NCBI GenBank assembly: GCA_963737905.1
Contig: CAVTUQ010000008.1
Location: 96,001-160,000 of the forward strand
Direction of reading: 5' to 3'
DNA: 64,000 bases
From: an uncultured delta proteobacterium
Lineage (GTDB): Bacteria; Desulfobacterota; Binatia; UBA9968
In this document: positions 45,111-54,586 of the stretch, in pieces
Layout: every line of letters starts with the position of its first letter
How positions within the stretch are numbered: the stretch's first letter is position 1
Translations under genes and position numbers: made by a program
The notes under the pieces: model-generated
What the model was told of the DNA's origin: nothing
Seen by the model: only the letters and a program-made list of their open reading frames with translations
The model's database searches: none

Positions 45111-46474
45111 GTATAGGCAAGCTCGGCGCCGTAGTAGCCGGTTGCCATGCCAGTCGGGGGTTTCCTGTGATCGGCGTCGACGTCAACCGGCACTCTGTAG
45201 AGTGCTGTAACCGCGGAGTGCCGCCGGTCCAAGAACCAGGAATGGAGGATCTCTACCGTTCGTGCCAAGGACTCCTCACAGCGACCACGGACAGCGCCTC
45301 CGCCGTAGAAAGGTCGGAGGCCACGCTTATCTGCGTTCCCACACCGAGCGATGCCGACGGTGGCTATTCCCTCCGTTATGTCCTCGAAGCGTGTAAGGCC
45401 ATTGGGGATGCGCTTCGAAACAAAAACGCTTACCACCTTGTGGTGCTGAAGAGCACCGTGCTGCCCGGTTCCTGCGACCGCGATATTATTCCCACACTGG
45501 AAGCCCGGAGCGGAAAGCGATGCGGGAGTGATTTCGGCTTTTGCTATAACCCGGAATTCATTGCTCTTGGAAGTGTGATCCATAACATCTTTAATCCTGA
45601 TCTCGTCCTGATCGGTGAATCGAATGAGACAGCCGGGGATCGGCTGGTGCAGATTTTTGCGCGCCTGCTCAGCACCAAACGCCAGACGGCTCGCATGAAC
45701 CTTGTGAATGCAGAGCTGGCCAAACTGGCAGTTAACTCCTATGTGACTATGAAAATCACCTTTGCCAATCTTTTGGCTCGCCTCTGTGAACGGCTCCCGG
45801 GAGGCGATGTCGACGTCGTAACCGGAGCCTTGGGTTTGGATAGCCGCATCGGCGCCAAGTATCTCAAGGGAGGCCTCGGGTATGGTGGTCCATGTTTTCC
45901 TAGAGACAACGAGGCGATGCTCTGTCTGGCCGACAGGCTCGGCGTGTCGTTTCCCCTCGCCATGGCGACTGACCAAGCCAACCGCGAAATTGCTGGACAC
46001 GTCGCCGACGTAGTTGCTTCAAAGGTGCCAATAGGCTCTCGCATGGGGATCTTGGGTTTGAGCTATAAACCCAACACGCCGGTAATCGAGGAGTCCCAGG
46101 GCATTCTCATCGCGAAAATTCTACTGGAGCGCGGCTTCGAGGTCGTGGCCTATGACCCGGTCGCCATAGAGGCGGCAAGCAAGGTATTCGGAAAAAGCAT
46201 CGAATATGCCGCATCAGCTCAGGCCTGTATCCTGGAGGCGGATGCAGTTTTGATCACCACGCCGTGGGATGAGTTCAAACGACTTGAGTATTCAGGTTTA
46301 AATGGCTCCAATGACCCTATTGTGATCGACTGCTGGGGAATGCTAGACGAAGAAGTAACGCAATCCCCGCGCGTGATTCGATTGGGCAAAAGCCAATTAA
46401 TCGAGCCCGACATCACAAGTTCTGGCGAGAATTACCCCCCAAAGGAGACTCGGATACGTGAATTGGAAAGGTAA
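45065..46474 (+). CDS. UDP-glucose/GDP-mannose dehydrogenase family protein
   Basis: GIGKLG, CVPTP, KSTVLPG, NPEF, AELAK, GYGGPCFPRD, GLSYKP. Confidence 0.93.
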   Translation: MGFNGSSSVGAISVLGIGKLGAVVAGCHASRGFPVIGVDVNRHSVECCNRGVPPVQEPGMEDLYRSCQGLLTATTDSASAVERSEATLICVPTPSDADGGYSLRYVLEACKAIGDALRNKNAYHLVVLKSTVLPGSCDRDIIPTLEARSGKRCGSDFGFCYNPEFIALGSVIHNIFNPDLVLIGESNETAGDRLVQIFARLLSTKRQTARMNLVNAELAKLAVNSYVTMKITFANLLARLCERLPGGDVDVVTGALGLDSRIGAKYLKGGLGYGGPCFPRDNEAMLCLADRLGVSFPLAMATDQANREIAGHVADVVASKVPIGSRMGILGLSYKPNTPVIEESQGILIAKILLERGFEVVAYDPVAIEAASKVFGKSIEYAASAQACILEADAVLITTPWDEFKRLEYSGLNGSNDPIVIDCWGMLDEEVTQSPRVIRLGKSQLIEPDITSSGENYPPKETRIRELER

Positions 46475-47474
46475 ACACGTTCTCGTCACCGGCGGCGCTT
46501 CCTTCATCGGCTCAAGTCTCGTTGACGCGCTCGTGTCACGAGGAGCCATCGTTCGCGTGGTCGATGACCTAAGCACGGGGAGGTATGAATATATCTCGCG
46601 CCTGGCGGAGTCGGGAAGCGTGGAATTTATCAAAGGCGACCTTCTAGACTCAGAAATCGCGACCCGCTCGGTCAGAGGTATTGAGTATCTGTTTCATCTG
46701 GCCGCTATCCACGGCGGCCGCGGCTACGTCGACCTTCACAACGTCGAGTGCTCGATGAATCTCATTCTGGACGGTCAACTTTTCCGCGAGGCTGTGAAGG
46801 CGCATGTCGAAAAGATCCTTTTCGCATCTTCCGGATGTGTTTACCCAAATCACCTTCAGAGTGACCCTGCAAAGGAGGTTTATTTGACGGAAGACCTTGT
46901 CGGCCCGCCCTACGACGCCGACAACATGTATGGCTGGGCAAAGCTCATGGGCGAGCTGACCCTGCGGCACTTCGTCAAACAAGGTCTACTCAAGGCGGCA
47001 TCGTGTCGCTACTTTACCGTTTACGGTCCGCGGGGAAAGGAGGACCACGCCGTCATCGCTATGATCGCTCGCGCCTTCATCCAGCAAAACCCGTTTGAGG
47101 TATGGGGAACCGGTGAACAGATCCGCAATTGGACCTACATCGATGACATTGTCGAGGGAACGATCTTAGCCGCCGAGGGAATTGACGACGGTACGGCGGT
47201 GAATCTGGGTACGATGGAACGAATTCGCGTCGTTGATGCGGCTGCAATGATTCTCCGCCGCATGGGGGTGGAAGTGCCGCTCAAATTCTTGCCGCATATG
47301 CCCACGGGTCCTTACAACCGAGTCGCGGCCAATCGATTGGCCAAAGAGCTCATGGGCTGGGAACCCCGGGTTCCGTTCCGCGAAGGCATCGTGAAAACAA
47401 TTGATTGGTATGTGAATAACCGAAATCCCGACGAAGTGCGCAGCCAATTGCAATCCATGCTCACCGAGCGTTAA
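46458..47474 (+). CDS. NAD-dependent nucleotide-sugar epimerase/dehydratase (GDP-mannose 3,5-epimerase-like)
   Basis: TGGASFIG, HLAAIHGGRGY, ASSGCVYP, YGWAK; GTG start. Confidence 0.88.
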   Translation: MNWKGKHVLVTGGASFIGSSLVDALVSRGAIVRVVDDLSTGRYEYISRLAESGSVEFIKGDLLDSEIATRSVRGIEYLFHLAAIHGGRGYVDLHNVECSMNLILDGQLFREAVKAHVEKILFASSGCVYPNHLQSDPAKEVYLTEDLVGPPYDADNMYGWAKLMGELTLRHFVKQGLLKAASCRYFTVYGPRGKEDHAVIAMIARAFIQQNPFEVWGTGEQIRNWTYIDDIVEGTILAAEGIDDGTAVNLGTMERIRVVDAAAMILRRMGVEVPLKFLPHMPTGPYNRVAANRLAKELMGWEPRVPFREGIVKTIDWYVNNRNPDEVRSQLQSMLTER

Positions 47475-47500
47475 GCACTTTCTCGCCAAACGGGCGCAAG

Positions 47501-48334
47501 ATGAGCTACTTCCGAGATGTCCCGATTGCGCATGTGCGAGATTTCTGGAACTCCCGTCCGTGTAACATCCGCCATTCCTCAAGACCGATCGGCGAGCGAG
47601 AGTATTTCGATGAAGTGGAGGCTAGAAAATACTTTGTCGAGCCTCACATCCCTGGGTTCGCTGCATTCCCTCAATGGTCCGGAAAACGGGTCCTGGAAGT
47701 GGGTTGCGGGATCGGCACGGACACCATAAATTTTGCCCGGGCGGGCGCCGAAGTCACGGCGATCGATCTCTCGGAGCGATCCCTTGAAATCGCCCGAAAG
47801 CGCGCAACGGTTTACAAGCTTACGAACATTAGCTTCGTTCACGCCAACGTGGAGGAGTTGGCAGCCATCCTACCTGCAACACGCTACGATCTTGTGTACT
47901 CTTTTGGAGTCGTTCACCATACCCCACACCCGGAGACAGCCCTCAGGCAGATGCTGTCTTTCCTGACGCCTGGGGGAACTCTAAAGTTAATGGTGTATCA
48001 TCGTTACTCCTGGAAAGTATGCTCCGTGGTCATGGGCTATGGCCGCGGAGCCTTCTGGGATGTGGATCGAATTATCGCGCAGCATTCGGAGGCCCAGGAA
48101 GGTTGCCCGGTGACCTACGCCTATACGAAGCGACAGCTCCAGGCATTGATTGAAGGCGCAGGGTGCCGTATTGAAGAACTCTTCGTGGATCATATCTTTC
48201 CGTGGCGAATACCGGCTTACGTCCAGTACCGGTATGAAAAGGTCTGGCATTTGAGAATTGTTCCGCGACCTATTTTCCGTTGGCTCGAATCTCACTTCGG
48301 CTGGCATTTGTGCGTTACGGCTGTAAAGCCATGA
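47501..48334 (+). CDS. class I SAM-dependent methyltransferase
   Basis: VLEVGCGIG, AIDLS, YDLVYSFGVVHH, L.PGG. Confidence 0.92.
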   Translation: MSYFRDVPIAHVRDFWNSRPCNIRHSSRPIGEREYFDEVEARKYFVEPHIPGFAAFPQWSGKRVLEVGCGIGTDTINFARAGAEVTAIDLSERSLEIARKRATVYKLTNISFVHANVEELAAILPATRYDLVYSFGVVHHTPHPETALRQMLSFLTPGGTLKLMVYHRYSWKVCSVVMGYGRGAFWDVDRIIAQHSEAQEGCPVTYAYTKRQLQALIEGAGCRIEELFVDHIFPWRIPAYVQYRYEKVWHLRIVPRPIFRWLESHFGWHLCVTAVKP

Positions 48335-49308
48335 CAGTGTCCTTAACCCTCTTCACTACCTGTAAGCCATTCGAAGGGAAGGCTGCCCGTGTCCAACGCA
48401 ACGCCCTTCGCAGTTGGGCGCTCGGCCCGGCTTGCGAGGTCGTTGTTTTCGGTGATGAACCCGGCGTTCGGGAGTGTTGTGAAGAGTTTGGCTTTCGTCA
48501 GGTTGCAACCGTCGACCGAACCCCTCTCGGAACCCCGCTGGTCAGCTATCTTTTTGAAGCGGTAGAACATGCCACCCAGACCGAACTTCTGGCTTTTGTC
48601 AATGCGGACATCATGCTGACAAGCGATCTCATAGCGGCGGTCGAAGCTGTGCAAAATCGGTTCGAACGTTTTCTGATGATAGCGCGGCGCTGGAATGTGG
48701 AGCTAGCGGACGATTGGGACTTTAAGTCTCCCTCGTGGGAAGCAAAGCTGCGCGCTTATGTTCGTGAGCACGGCACCATCGAGCCTTCTTACGGGGGAGT
48801 GGATCTTTTCGTTTACCGTCGTGGCTTGTGGAAACATCTGCAACCCTTTGCGATCGGGCGCACACGGTGGGACAGCGCTCTCATCTATGAAGCGCGCAAG
48901 CTGCGTGCTCCTGTGATCGAAACGACCAGGGTCGTCACTGCGGTCCACCCAAACCATGGCTACTCCCACGGTCCGCAAGACACCACGGGCGTGTTTAAAG
49001 GCCCCGAGGCTCTTCGCAATCAATCTCTCCTCGGGGGGGACGAGTTCATTTTTACCTCCCTCAACGCGACACATGTCCTTACGGAGTCTGGCATTCGTCA
49101 GAATCGGGTTTGGTTTCCTCCTTATTTGCTGCGACAGCTTGCGACCCTGCCGGCCCTTCATCCAAGGCTTCGCCCGCTCGCCCCAGTGGTGAGATTGCTA
49201 GCGCCCTGGTGGAGGAGACTTCGGCCGCGGAAGAAAAAACGGCGGAGCCAGTCGCTGCGCGCTACCCCCACAGTGCGCCAACAAACGTCGACCGGCTCCA
49301 AAAACTAA
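48331..49308 (+). CDS. putative GT-A-type glycosyltransferase (uncharacterised)
   Basis: KPF....QRNALRSW, GTP, FVNADI (DxD-like), WD, H.NH.Y; ATGA overlap with the methyltransferase; basic C-tail. Confidence 0.6.
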   Translation: MTVSLTLFTTCKPFEGKAARVQRNALRSWALGPACEVVVFGDEPGVRECCEEFGFRQVATVDRTPLGTPLVSYLFEAVEHATQTELLAFVNADIMLTSDLIAAVEAVQNRFERFLMIARRWNVELADDWDFKSPSWEAKLRAYVREHGTIEPSYGGVDLFVYRRGLWKHLQPFAIGRTRWDSALIYEARKLRAPVIETTRVVTAVHPNHGYSHGPQDTTGVFKGPEALRNQSLLGGDEFIFTSLNATHVLTESGIRQNRVWFPPYLLRQLATLPALHPRLRPLAPVVRLLAPWWRRLRPRKKKRRSQSLRATPTVRQQTSTGSKN

Positions 49309-50081
49309 TGATGATTTATCCAAATTTCTACCAAACTTGGGATGTCATTTCTGTCTTGCTCAGTAAGGAAATCAAACTTCGGTACCGGGGAACGACTCTC
49401 GGCATTCTCTGGTCCCTAGCCAATCCTCTGGCCTTTACCGCCGTCCTTTACATCGCGTTCAGACGCGTTCTCCAGGTCAATATCGAGAACTATCCACTCT
49501 TTATCCTTTCAGCACTTTTCCCATGGCAGTGGCTTTCAAATTCTGTAGGTAGCGCGTCGATGCTTTTTATCTCGAATGGCGCACTTATCAAAAGGCTCCC
49601 GTTTAACAAAGCCGCGCTCGCGGTTGCCCTGGTCCTGAACGATATGATCCACTTCTGCATAACGATCCCACTTTTCGCAGTGTTTCTCTTCATGTCGGGT
49701 GACCGCGGTCCTTCGCTAAATTGGCTGGTGGGCATACCCATTCTCCTAGCCACTCAGACGTTACTGACGTTGGCGATTGTCATTGTCATCGCTACCTTAA
49801 ACGCCCTCTTGCGCGATCTCGACCAACTGGTTCGGGTGTTGCTCTTGCTTTTGTTTTACGTCACTCCAGTGCTGTATTCAGCGTCAATGGTGCCCAAAAA
49901 TCTCGAATGGCTTCTGTTTGCCAATCCATTTTCTTCTTTAATGATCTCGTGGCGTGCGTTAATGATGGACAATGACCTAAGCCCCTATATTATTGTGGCC
50001 GTTGGCCACGCATGCCTATCTCTCCTTATCGCCATTCCAGTCTTCAGAAGAACAGAGTGGAAGCTGGCAGAGCTCGTATGA
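49308..50081 (+). CDS. wzm: polysaccharide ABC exporter permease (Wzm-like, copy 2)
   Basis: EIKLRYRGTTLGILWSLANP, LRD, YVTPVLY, ANP. Confidence 0.92.
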   Translation: MMIYPNFYQTWDVISVLLSKEIKLRYRGTTLGILWSLANPLAFTAVLYIAFRRVLQVNIENYPLFILSALFPWQWLSNSVGSASMLFISNGALIKRLPFNKAALAVALVLNDMIHFCITIPLFAVFLFMSGDRGPSLNWLVGIPILLATQTLLTLAIVIVIATLNALLRDLDQLVRVLLLLLFYVTPVLYSASMVPKNLEWLLFANPFSSLMISWRALMMDNDLSPYIIVAVGHACLSLLIAIPVFRRTEWKLAELV

Positions 50082-50857
50082 GGCAAGTCCTAATTCTTGA
50101 GAAGGTTACTAAAGAGTTCCGGACCTATCACCACTACCACGCTGGCCTGAAAGCACTTGTGTTAGATCCTCGTCAGATAACGCGGGATCGAGAGAGAGAC
50201 AGGTTCTTAGCTATCAACGAAGTCTCCTTCGCCGTCTACGGTGGAGAGACGTTCGGCATCCTGGGTCGAAATGGAGCAGGAAAAAGTACTTTGCTGAGTT
50301 TGATTGCCGGTGTCTTGCGGCCGACTGCCGGCAAAATCTCAGTCCATGGGCGCATATCGCCTCTGCTCGAACTGGGCGTTGGTTTTACGCTAGAGCTTAC
50401 CGGCGTCGAAAACATTCTTGTTAATGGAGTTTTGCTTGGACTTCGCAGAAAAGAAATCGAAGCTAAGTTGGATGATATCATCAGTTTCTCTGGGCTAGGT
50501 TCGTTCATCGACCAACCCCTCAAGACCTATTCCTCTGGAATGCAGATTCGCCTCGGGTTCGCGATCGCGATCCATGTCCAGCCCGATATCCTTCTTGTCG
50601 ACGAGGTGCTGGCGGTGGGGGACGCAGAATTTCAAGAAAAATGTTTTGCCCGCATCGCGGATCTTCAAAGAGCAGGCGTAACCATCGTATTGGTGTCGCA
50701 CAATTTGAACACCGTAGGGACGCTCTGCGATCGCGCGGTGTGGATCGACAAAGGCCGTATCGTTACGCTCGGGTCTCCGCAAGAGGTTGTTGCGTGCTAT
50801 CAATCCGAAATCGCTCACCCCTCGGTAACTCAGGAATCAGGGAGTGTATCGGTGTAA
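50078..50857 (+). CDS. wzt: polysaccharide ABC exporter ATPase (Wzt-like, copy 2, no C-terminal CBM)
   Basis: GRNGAGKST, YSSGM, LLVDEVLAVGD, VSH; ATG 50078; 259 aa. Confidence 0.92.
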   Translation: MRQVLILEKVTKEFRTYHHYHAGLKALVLDPRQITRDRERDRFLAINEVSFAVYGGETFGILGRNGAGKSTLLSLIAGVLRPTAGKISVHGRISPLLELGVGFTLELTGVENILVNGVLLGLRRKEIEAKLDDIISFSGLGSFIDQPLKTYSSGMQIRLGFAIAIHVQPDILLVDEVLAVGDAEFQEKCFARIADLQRAGVTIVLVSHNLNTVGTLCDRAVWIDKGRIVTLGSPQEVVACYQSEIAHPSVTQESGSVSV

Positions 50858-50895
50858 TTGAAGCCGCCGTGATTTAAATCTGGAGTCGGCAACAC

Positions 50896-53142
50896 GTGAA
50901 AATCGCTTTCCTAAATCCCTGGAAAAATGCTGCCGAGAATCAAGCGTTTCGGTCTCTGCAGATTGCCGCCGGGCGCGTCGGACATGAGTTCATACATTGT
51001 TGTAACAGTGCCGACGTCGATGCCTGCGCCCCTGATTTTGTCCTCGCTGCCGCCTCCACACAGCCGAAGCTAAGCGATTGTCCCCATTACGGTGTGATCC
51101 ATGAGCCAAGGGATCGATTCCTTGACAACCGGGCGTACTTTCAAAACCTGCTTTCCTATGACGGCTATTTTACCATCGCCGATTCGTTGGAGCGTTTCCT
51201 CCGTGATATTTCCTGCCGCATGGGTCGGCCAGAGGAGATTGGCTTCTACTATAACACCTGTCAGCGCCAGCAGCGCTCAGCCGACCTCGTTTCCTTGCTC
51301 CGCGACAGGAAATTGCTGCTCACCTATTTTGGCACAAACTGGGACCACCGGCGCAAGAACTTTTTTCGGATGTTAAGCGAGATCGACAACGTCCAGATCT
51401 GCGGTCCCACCCACTCCTGGCCAGAAATCCACCGAAAATCCTATGGTGGCTCCTTGGAATTCGATGGCGATGCGGTCCAGGCACGCTATGCGACCAACGG
51501 CCTCGGCTTATGTCTTGTCTCAGAGCTCCACTGCCGCGACGACGTTATCTCCAATCGGATCTTCGAGATCGCCTCAGTCGGCGCCATCGCCATCTGCTGT
51601 GACATGCCCTGGATCCGAAAGTATTTTGGCGACAGCGTATATTACATTGACCAGAATCTTGCCGACAAATCCCTCGTCCGGGCGATTCTCCGCTGCTGGG
51701 ACGAAATCTATGACCGGCCAGAAACCGCGCTGGACAAAGCCCGGAGGGCGCGCGAGATCTTCGAACGGCGGTTCGCTGCTGAACTGCTAATCAATAATGC
51801 CGTCGAATACCATGAACGTGTCAGCGCTACCCGCCACGCCAAGCTTTCTCAGGGGAAAGCCTCCTATGAACCATTCATTTCCGTCATCATCCGCTGCGGC
51901 GGCCGCCCTATCGACCTGATCGGGCGAGGTCTGTTCTCTCTATCACAACAGACGTATGGCGAGTTCGAGGTCATCTTCGTACGCTACACAGACCTCGATC
52001 TGAGTCCCTTGCTTTCTGAGCCGCATGCCAATGTTCGCTCCATGAAAGTCGTAGACTGTTTAGGGGGCGGCCGCAGCGCTGCATTATGGGCTGGACTGTC
52101 CGCCATCACGGGTGACTATTTCGCTATGCTTGACGATGACGACTGGCTCTTCTCCAATCACTTTGAAAAGCTCTTTCAGCCTTTCCCTCAGGCGCCGAAA
52201 AGCCGGTTTTTCGTTTACTCGAGCTCCATCTCCCACTACGCGGAGCCCAAGCCCATCGAGGGTGGTCATGAAGATCATAGGAGTCTCTTATATGTTGAAA
52301 AAAACTATCTTGAAAAAAACACTCGGGATCTCAGCTCGGTCGGCTCGATGTTTGCCTCTAACAGCTTCGTGGCTTCGCGGGATCTCCTGAGCCCAGCGCT
52401 ACTCTGTGATCCCCACATGTCCACCGCCGAGGACAGCTTTCTGATTCTTTCCCTATTGGAACAAGCCCGATCACACTTTTCCTATGCGGCTACCAGTGTT
52501 CATGAGCGTGGCCGTTCTGATCAGTCAGATTTTCATCAGCACCCCACCCGGTTCGAAGATGAATTGACGCTTCACATACGCCTCGGCGGTAGGCAGATAT
52601 CTGCGCGCTCGGTAATCGATTTATGGGATGAGATATCTTCTTTTTGGAAGAATCGGCCCAGGAAAGAGGCCGTGCTGGAAACGCCGGACCGCATTATCTA
52701 TCGTGTTCTCGATTGTCCCATTTCCATGGAACCGGAAAAGGATCGCGAATGCGTCAGCACGGGTTTTGACCTGAACGGGAGCAAGTTCTCCGTTGGCTCC
52801 CATGTCCGCGACTCATCCGTGGGTTCGGCTTGGGTCCAATGTCCGGAAGAGCCATGGGCCTACGGAGCTGAACTCTGCTTACATCTCCCGCACTCCACTG
52901 AGCCTGGCCACCTTCTCATCGCTGAGGTTATTGTGGAATGTGGCGAGATCGGTATAGGCCTCCTCGACATGTCTGAACGGGACTTCCTGATGAGAAAGAA
53001 TCTCCAGCCAAGCTCCCGTATCCAGGAAGTGCATATTCCGATTGCGGACCTGCTTAACGTCAGTCGATTCATCCTGCAGAACTGGCAGAATCCAGGTGCA
53101 GCGACAGCCCAGATCCTGTCGCTGAGGATCTGTGGTGAGTAG
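50896..53142 (+). CDS. multidomain glycosyltransferase (GT-B/CgeB-like + GT2 + C-terminal beta-rich module)
   Basis: ISNRIFEIASVG (GT-B), ISVIIRC...MLDDDDW...NH...ED (GT2), C-terminal WAY module. Confidence 0.78.
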   Translation: MKIAFLNPWKNAAENQAFRSLQIAAGRVGHEFIHCCNSADVDACAPDFVLAAASTQPKLSDCPHYGVIHEPRDRFLDNRAYFQNLLSYDGYFTIADSLERFLRDISCRMGRPEEIGFYYNTCQRQQRSADLVSLLRDRKLLLTYFGTNWDHRRKNFFRMLSEIDNVQICGPTHSWPEIHRKSYGGSLEFDGDAVQARYATNGLGLCLVSELHCRDDVISNRIFEIASVGAIAICCDMPWIRKYFGDSVYYIDQNLADKSLVRAILRCWDEIYDRPETALDKARRAREIFERRFAAELLINNAVEYHERVSATRHAKLSQGKASYEPFISVIIRCGGRPIDLIGRGLFSLSQQTYGEFEVIFVRYTDLDLSPLLSEPHANVRSMKVVDCLGGGRSAALWAGLSAITGDYFAMLDDDDWLFSNHFEKLFQPFPQAPKSRFFVYSSSISHYAEPKPIEGGHEDHRSLLYVEKNYLEKNTRDLSSVGSMFASNSFVASRDLLSPALLCDPHMSTAEDSFLILSLLEQARSHFSYAATSVHERGRSDQSDFHQHPTRFEDELTLHIRLGGRQISARSVIDLWDEISSFWKNRPRKEAVLETPDRIIYRVLDCPISMEPEKDRECVSTGFDLNGSKFSVGSHVRDSSVGSAWVQCPEEPWAYGAELCLHLPHSTEPGHLLIAEVIVECGEIGIGLLDMSERDFLMRKNLQPSSRIQEVHIPIADLLNVSRFILQNWQNPGAATAQILSLRICGE

Positions 53143-53188
53143 TGCGGTGCAAGTGAGTTTGTGAAAGCTCGGTGTTTACTTTTGAAAT

Positions 53189-54586
53189 TTAGCCAACACC
53201 GCGCCAGACCGGCTCCTCGACCAGTATCCGCCGGCAGAGCTTGCCGAAGCTGTACTGGGTCGAGATTCGATGCTGGAGGTAACGCGACACGTCGCGCCGT
53301 CGGCGGCCGTCGCCGAGATACAGATCCACCAAGCCGTTTAGCTCGTCGATGTTCCGGTACATCACCTGGTTGCCGACATCGCCAAGCGCCCGGTGGAAGT
53401 CCTCTTTGTAATCAAAGAGGATCAGACCACCGCAGGCCAGGCAGCCCATGACCTTGGGGGAGATCCCGGAGTTGTACCCCAGGTTGATGACGTCCACGAT
53501 GACATCGCTGTTGATAAACAGAAGCGGTAGCTCAGTGAAGTAATCGAGGCTCTTGCGCACGCGAATATTATAATGGCTGCGCAGGGTGTCGGCGCTCTTG
53601 GGCTCGATGAAGTTACCGAAAAAATCGTATTCGTGCTTGAGGCCGCCGAGCACCGCCAGGCGCACGCGGGTGTTGCCGACCACTTCGATCTCGTCGTGGA
53701 CGAAACTCCAGAAAAACGTGCAGTCCGGCGCAAGCCGGAGCTGCTCGCGGACGGGGCGGTTCAACTGGTCGATTTCCGCTGTTATCAGATCCCAAAGCGA
53801 ATCGGTGAGCCGTTCTTGCTTACGGGCGAGCACGCGCTCCTCAATCTCCGTCAAAACAGGCTCGTCCCGGAACGGAAGCTCTTGGCTGGCCTGGAGGTAG
53901 ACGTTGCCGGCGAAGGCGACCCTAGCGCGAAACGCGCTCCGATCGACCACGCGGTATCCATGTTTGACGAAGTTCGGGTAGGCCGGTTGGAGAAACACCT
54001 TGACTTTGTCTCGGGAGAGGATGCCTAGCCGATCGAAGGCCATCATGTGACCGCTATCGGGCGAGTAGTGATGGTACAGGGGATGATTCAAAGCCTCGCG
54101 AAGCTTCTGGATCGATCCTGTAGTGGACTGGGACGGTGTGTCCGGCAAGGGGCTGAGGCACCACTTCGGCAACTGGAGCAGGCCGTGGTCCCAGAGCATA
54201 ATGACGGGGATCTGCAGGATGTCGCGGAAGATATTTTGACCTTGGGCGCTGCAACAAAGGAGGGCGTACAGGGCGTTCGGAAGCGCCATTGCCACATCCG
54301 GGTGAAACGACCGGAGCTCCTGGGTGACCGCTTTTACATAGTCCCGGTTCGGAAATATGAAGCCGCGAACGTCCAGCTCGAAAACAGCGGCGCCCATAGC
54401 GCGCAATTCCTCCGCCATCTCGGTGGCAAAATCGAAGTCCACGCCACCGAACGAGTCGAGAGGCGGACGCGTTGTGACAATGCGGAGTCCCGCCAGGGGC
54501 AGATTCAATGCTCGGAAAGGGGCTTTGCTTGGTGTGTTGGCGAAGCCGCCGTCTGAAACCGGCCGATCGTTGCCATTGCTGTTCAT
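53189..54586 (-). CDS. putative GT-B (CgeB-like) glycosyltransferase
   Basis: VAFAGN, ISPKVMGCLACGGLIL...Y...DEL...V..YL; ATGA overlap with upstream gene. Confidence 0.62.
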   Translation of the reverse strand: MNSNGNDRPVSDGGFANTPSKAPFRALNLPLAGLRIVTTRPPLDSFGGVDFDFATEMAEELRAMGAAVFELDVRGFIFPNRDYVKAVTQELRSFHPDVAMALPNALYALLCCSAQGQNIFRDILQIPVIMLWDHGLLQLPKWCLSPLPDTPSQSTTGSIQKLREALNHPLYHHYSPDSGHMMAFDRLGILSRDKVKVFLQPAYPNFVKHGYRVVDRSAFRARVAFAGNVYLQASQELPFRDEPVLTEIEERVLARKQERLTDSLWDLITAEIDQLNRPVREQLRLAPDCTFFWSFVHDEIEVVGNTRVRLAVLGGLKHEYDFFGNFIEPKSADTLRSHYNIRVRKSLDYFTELPLLFINSDVIVDVINLGYNSGISPKVMGCLACGGLILFDYKEDFHRALGDVGNQVMYRNIDELNGLVDLYLGDGRRRRDVSRYLQHRISTQYSFGKLCRRILVEEPVWRGVG

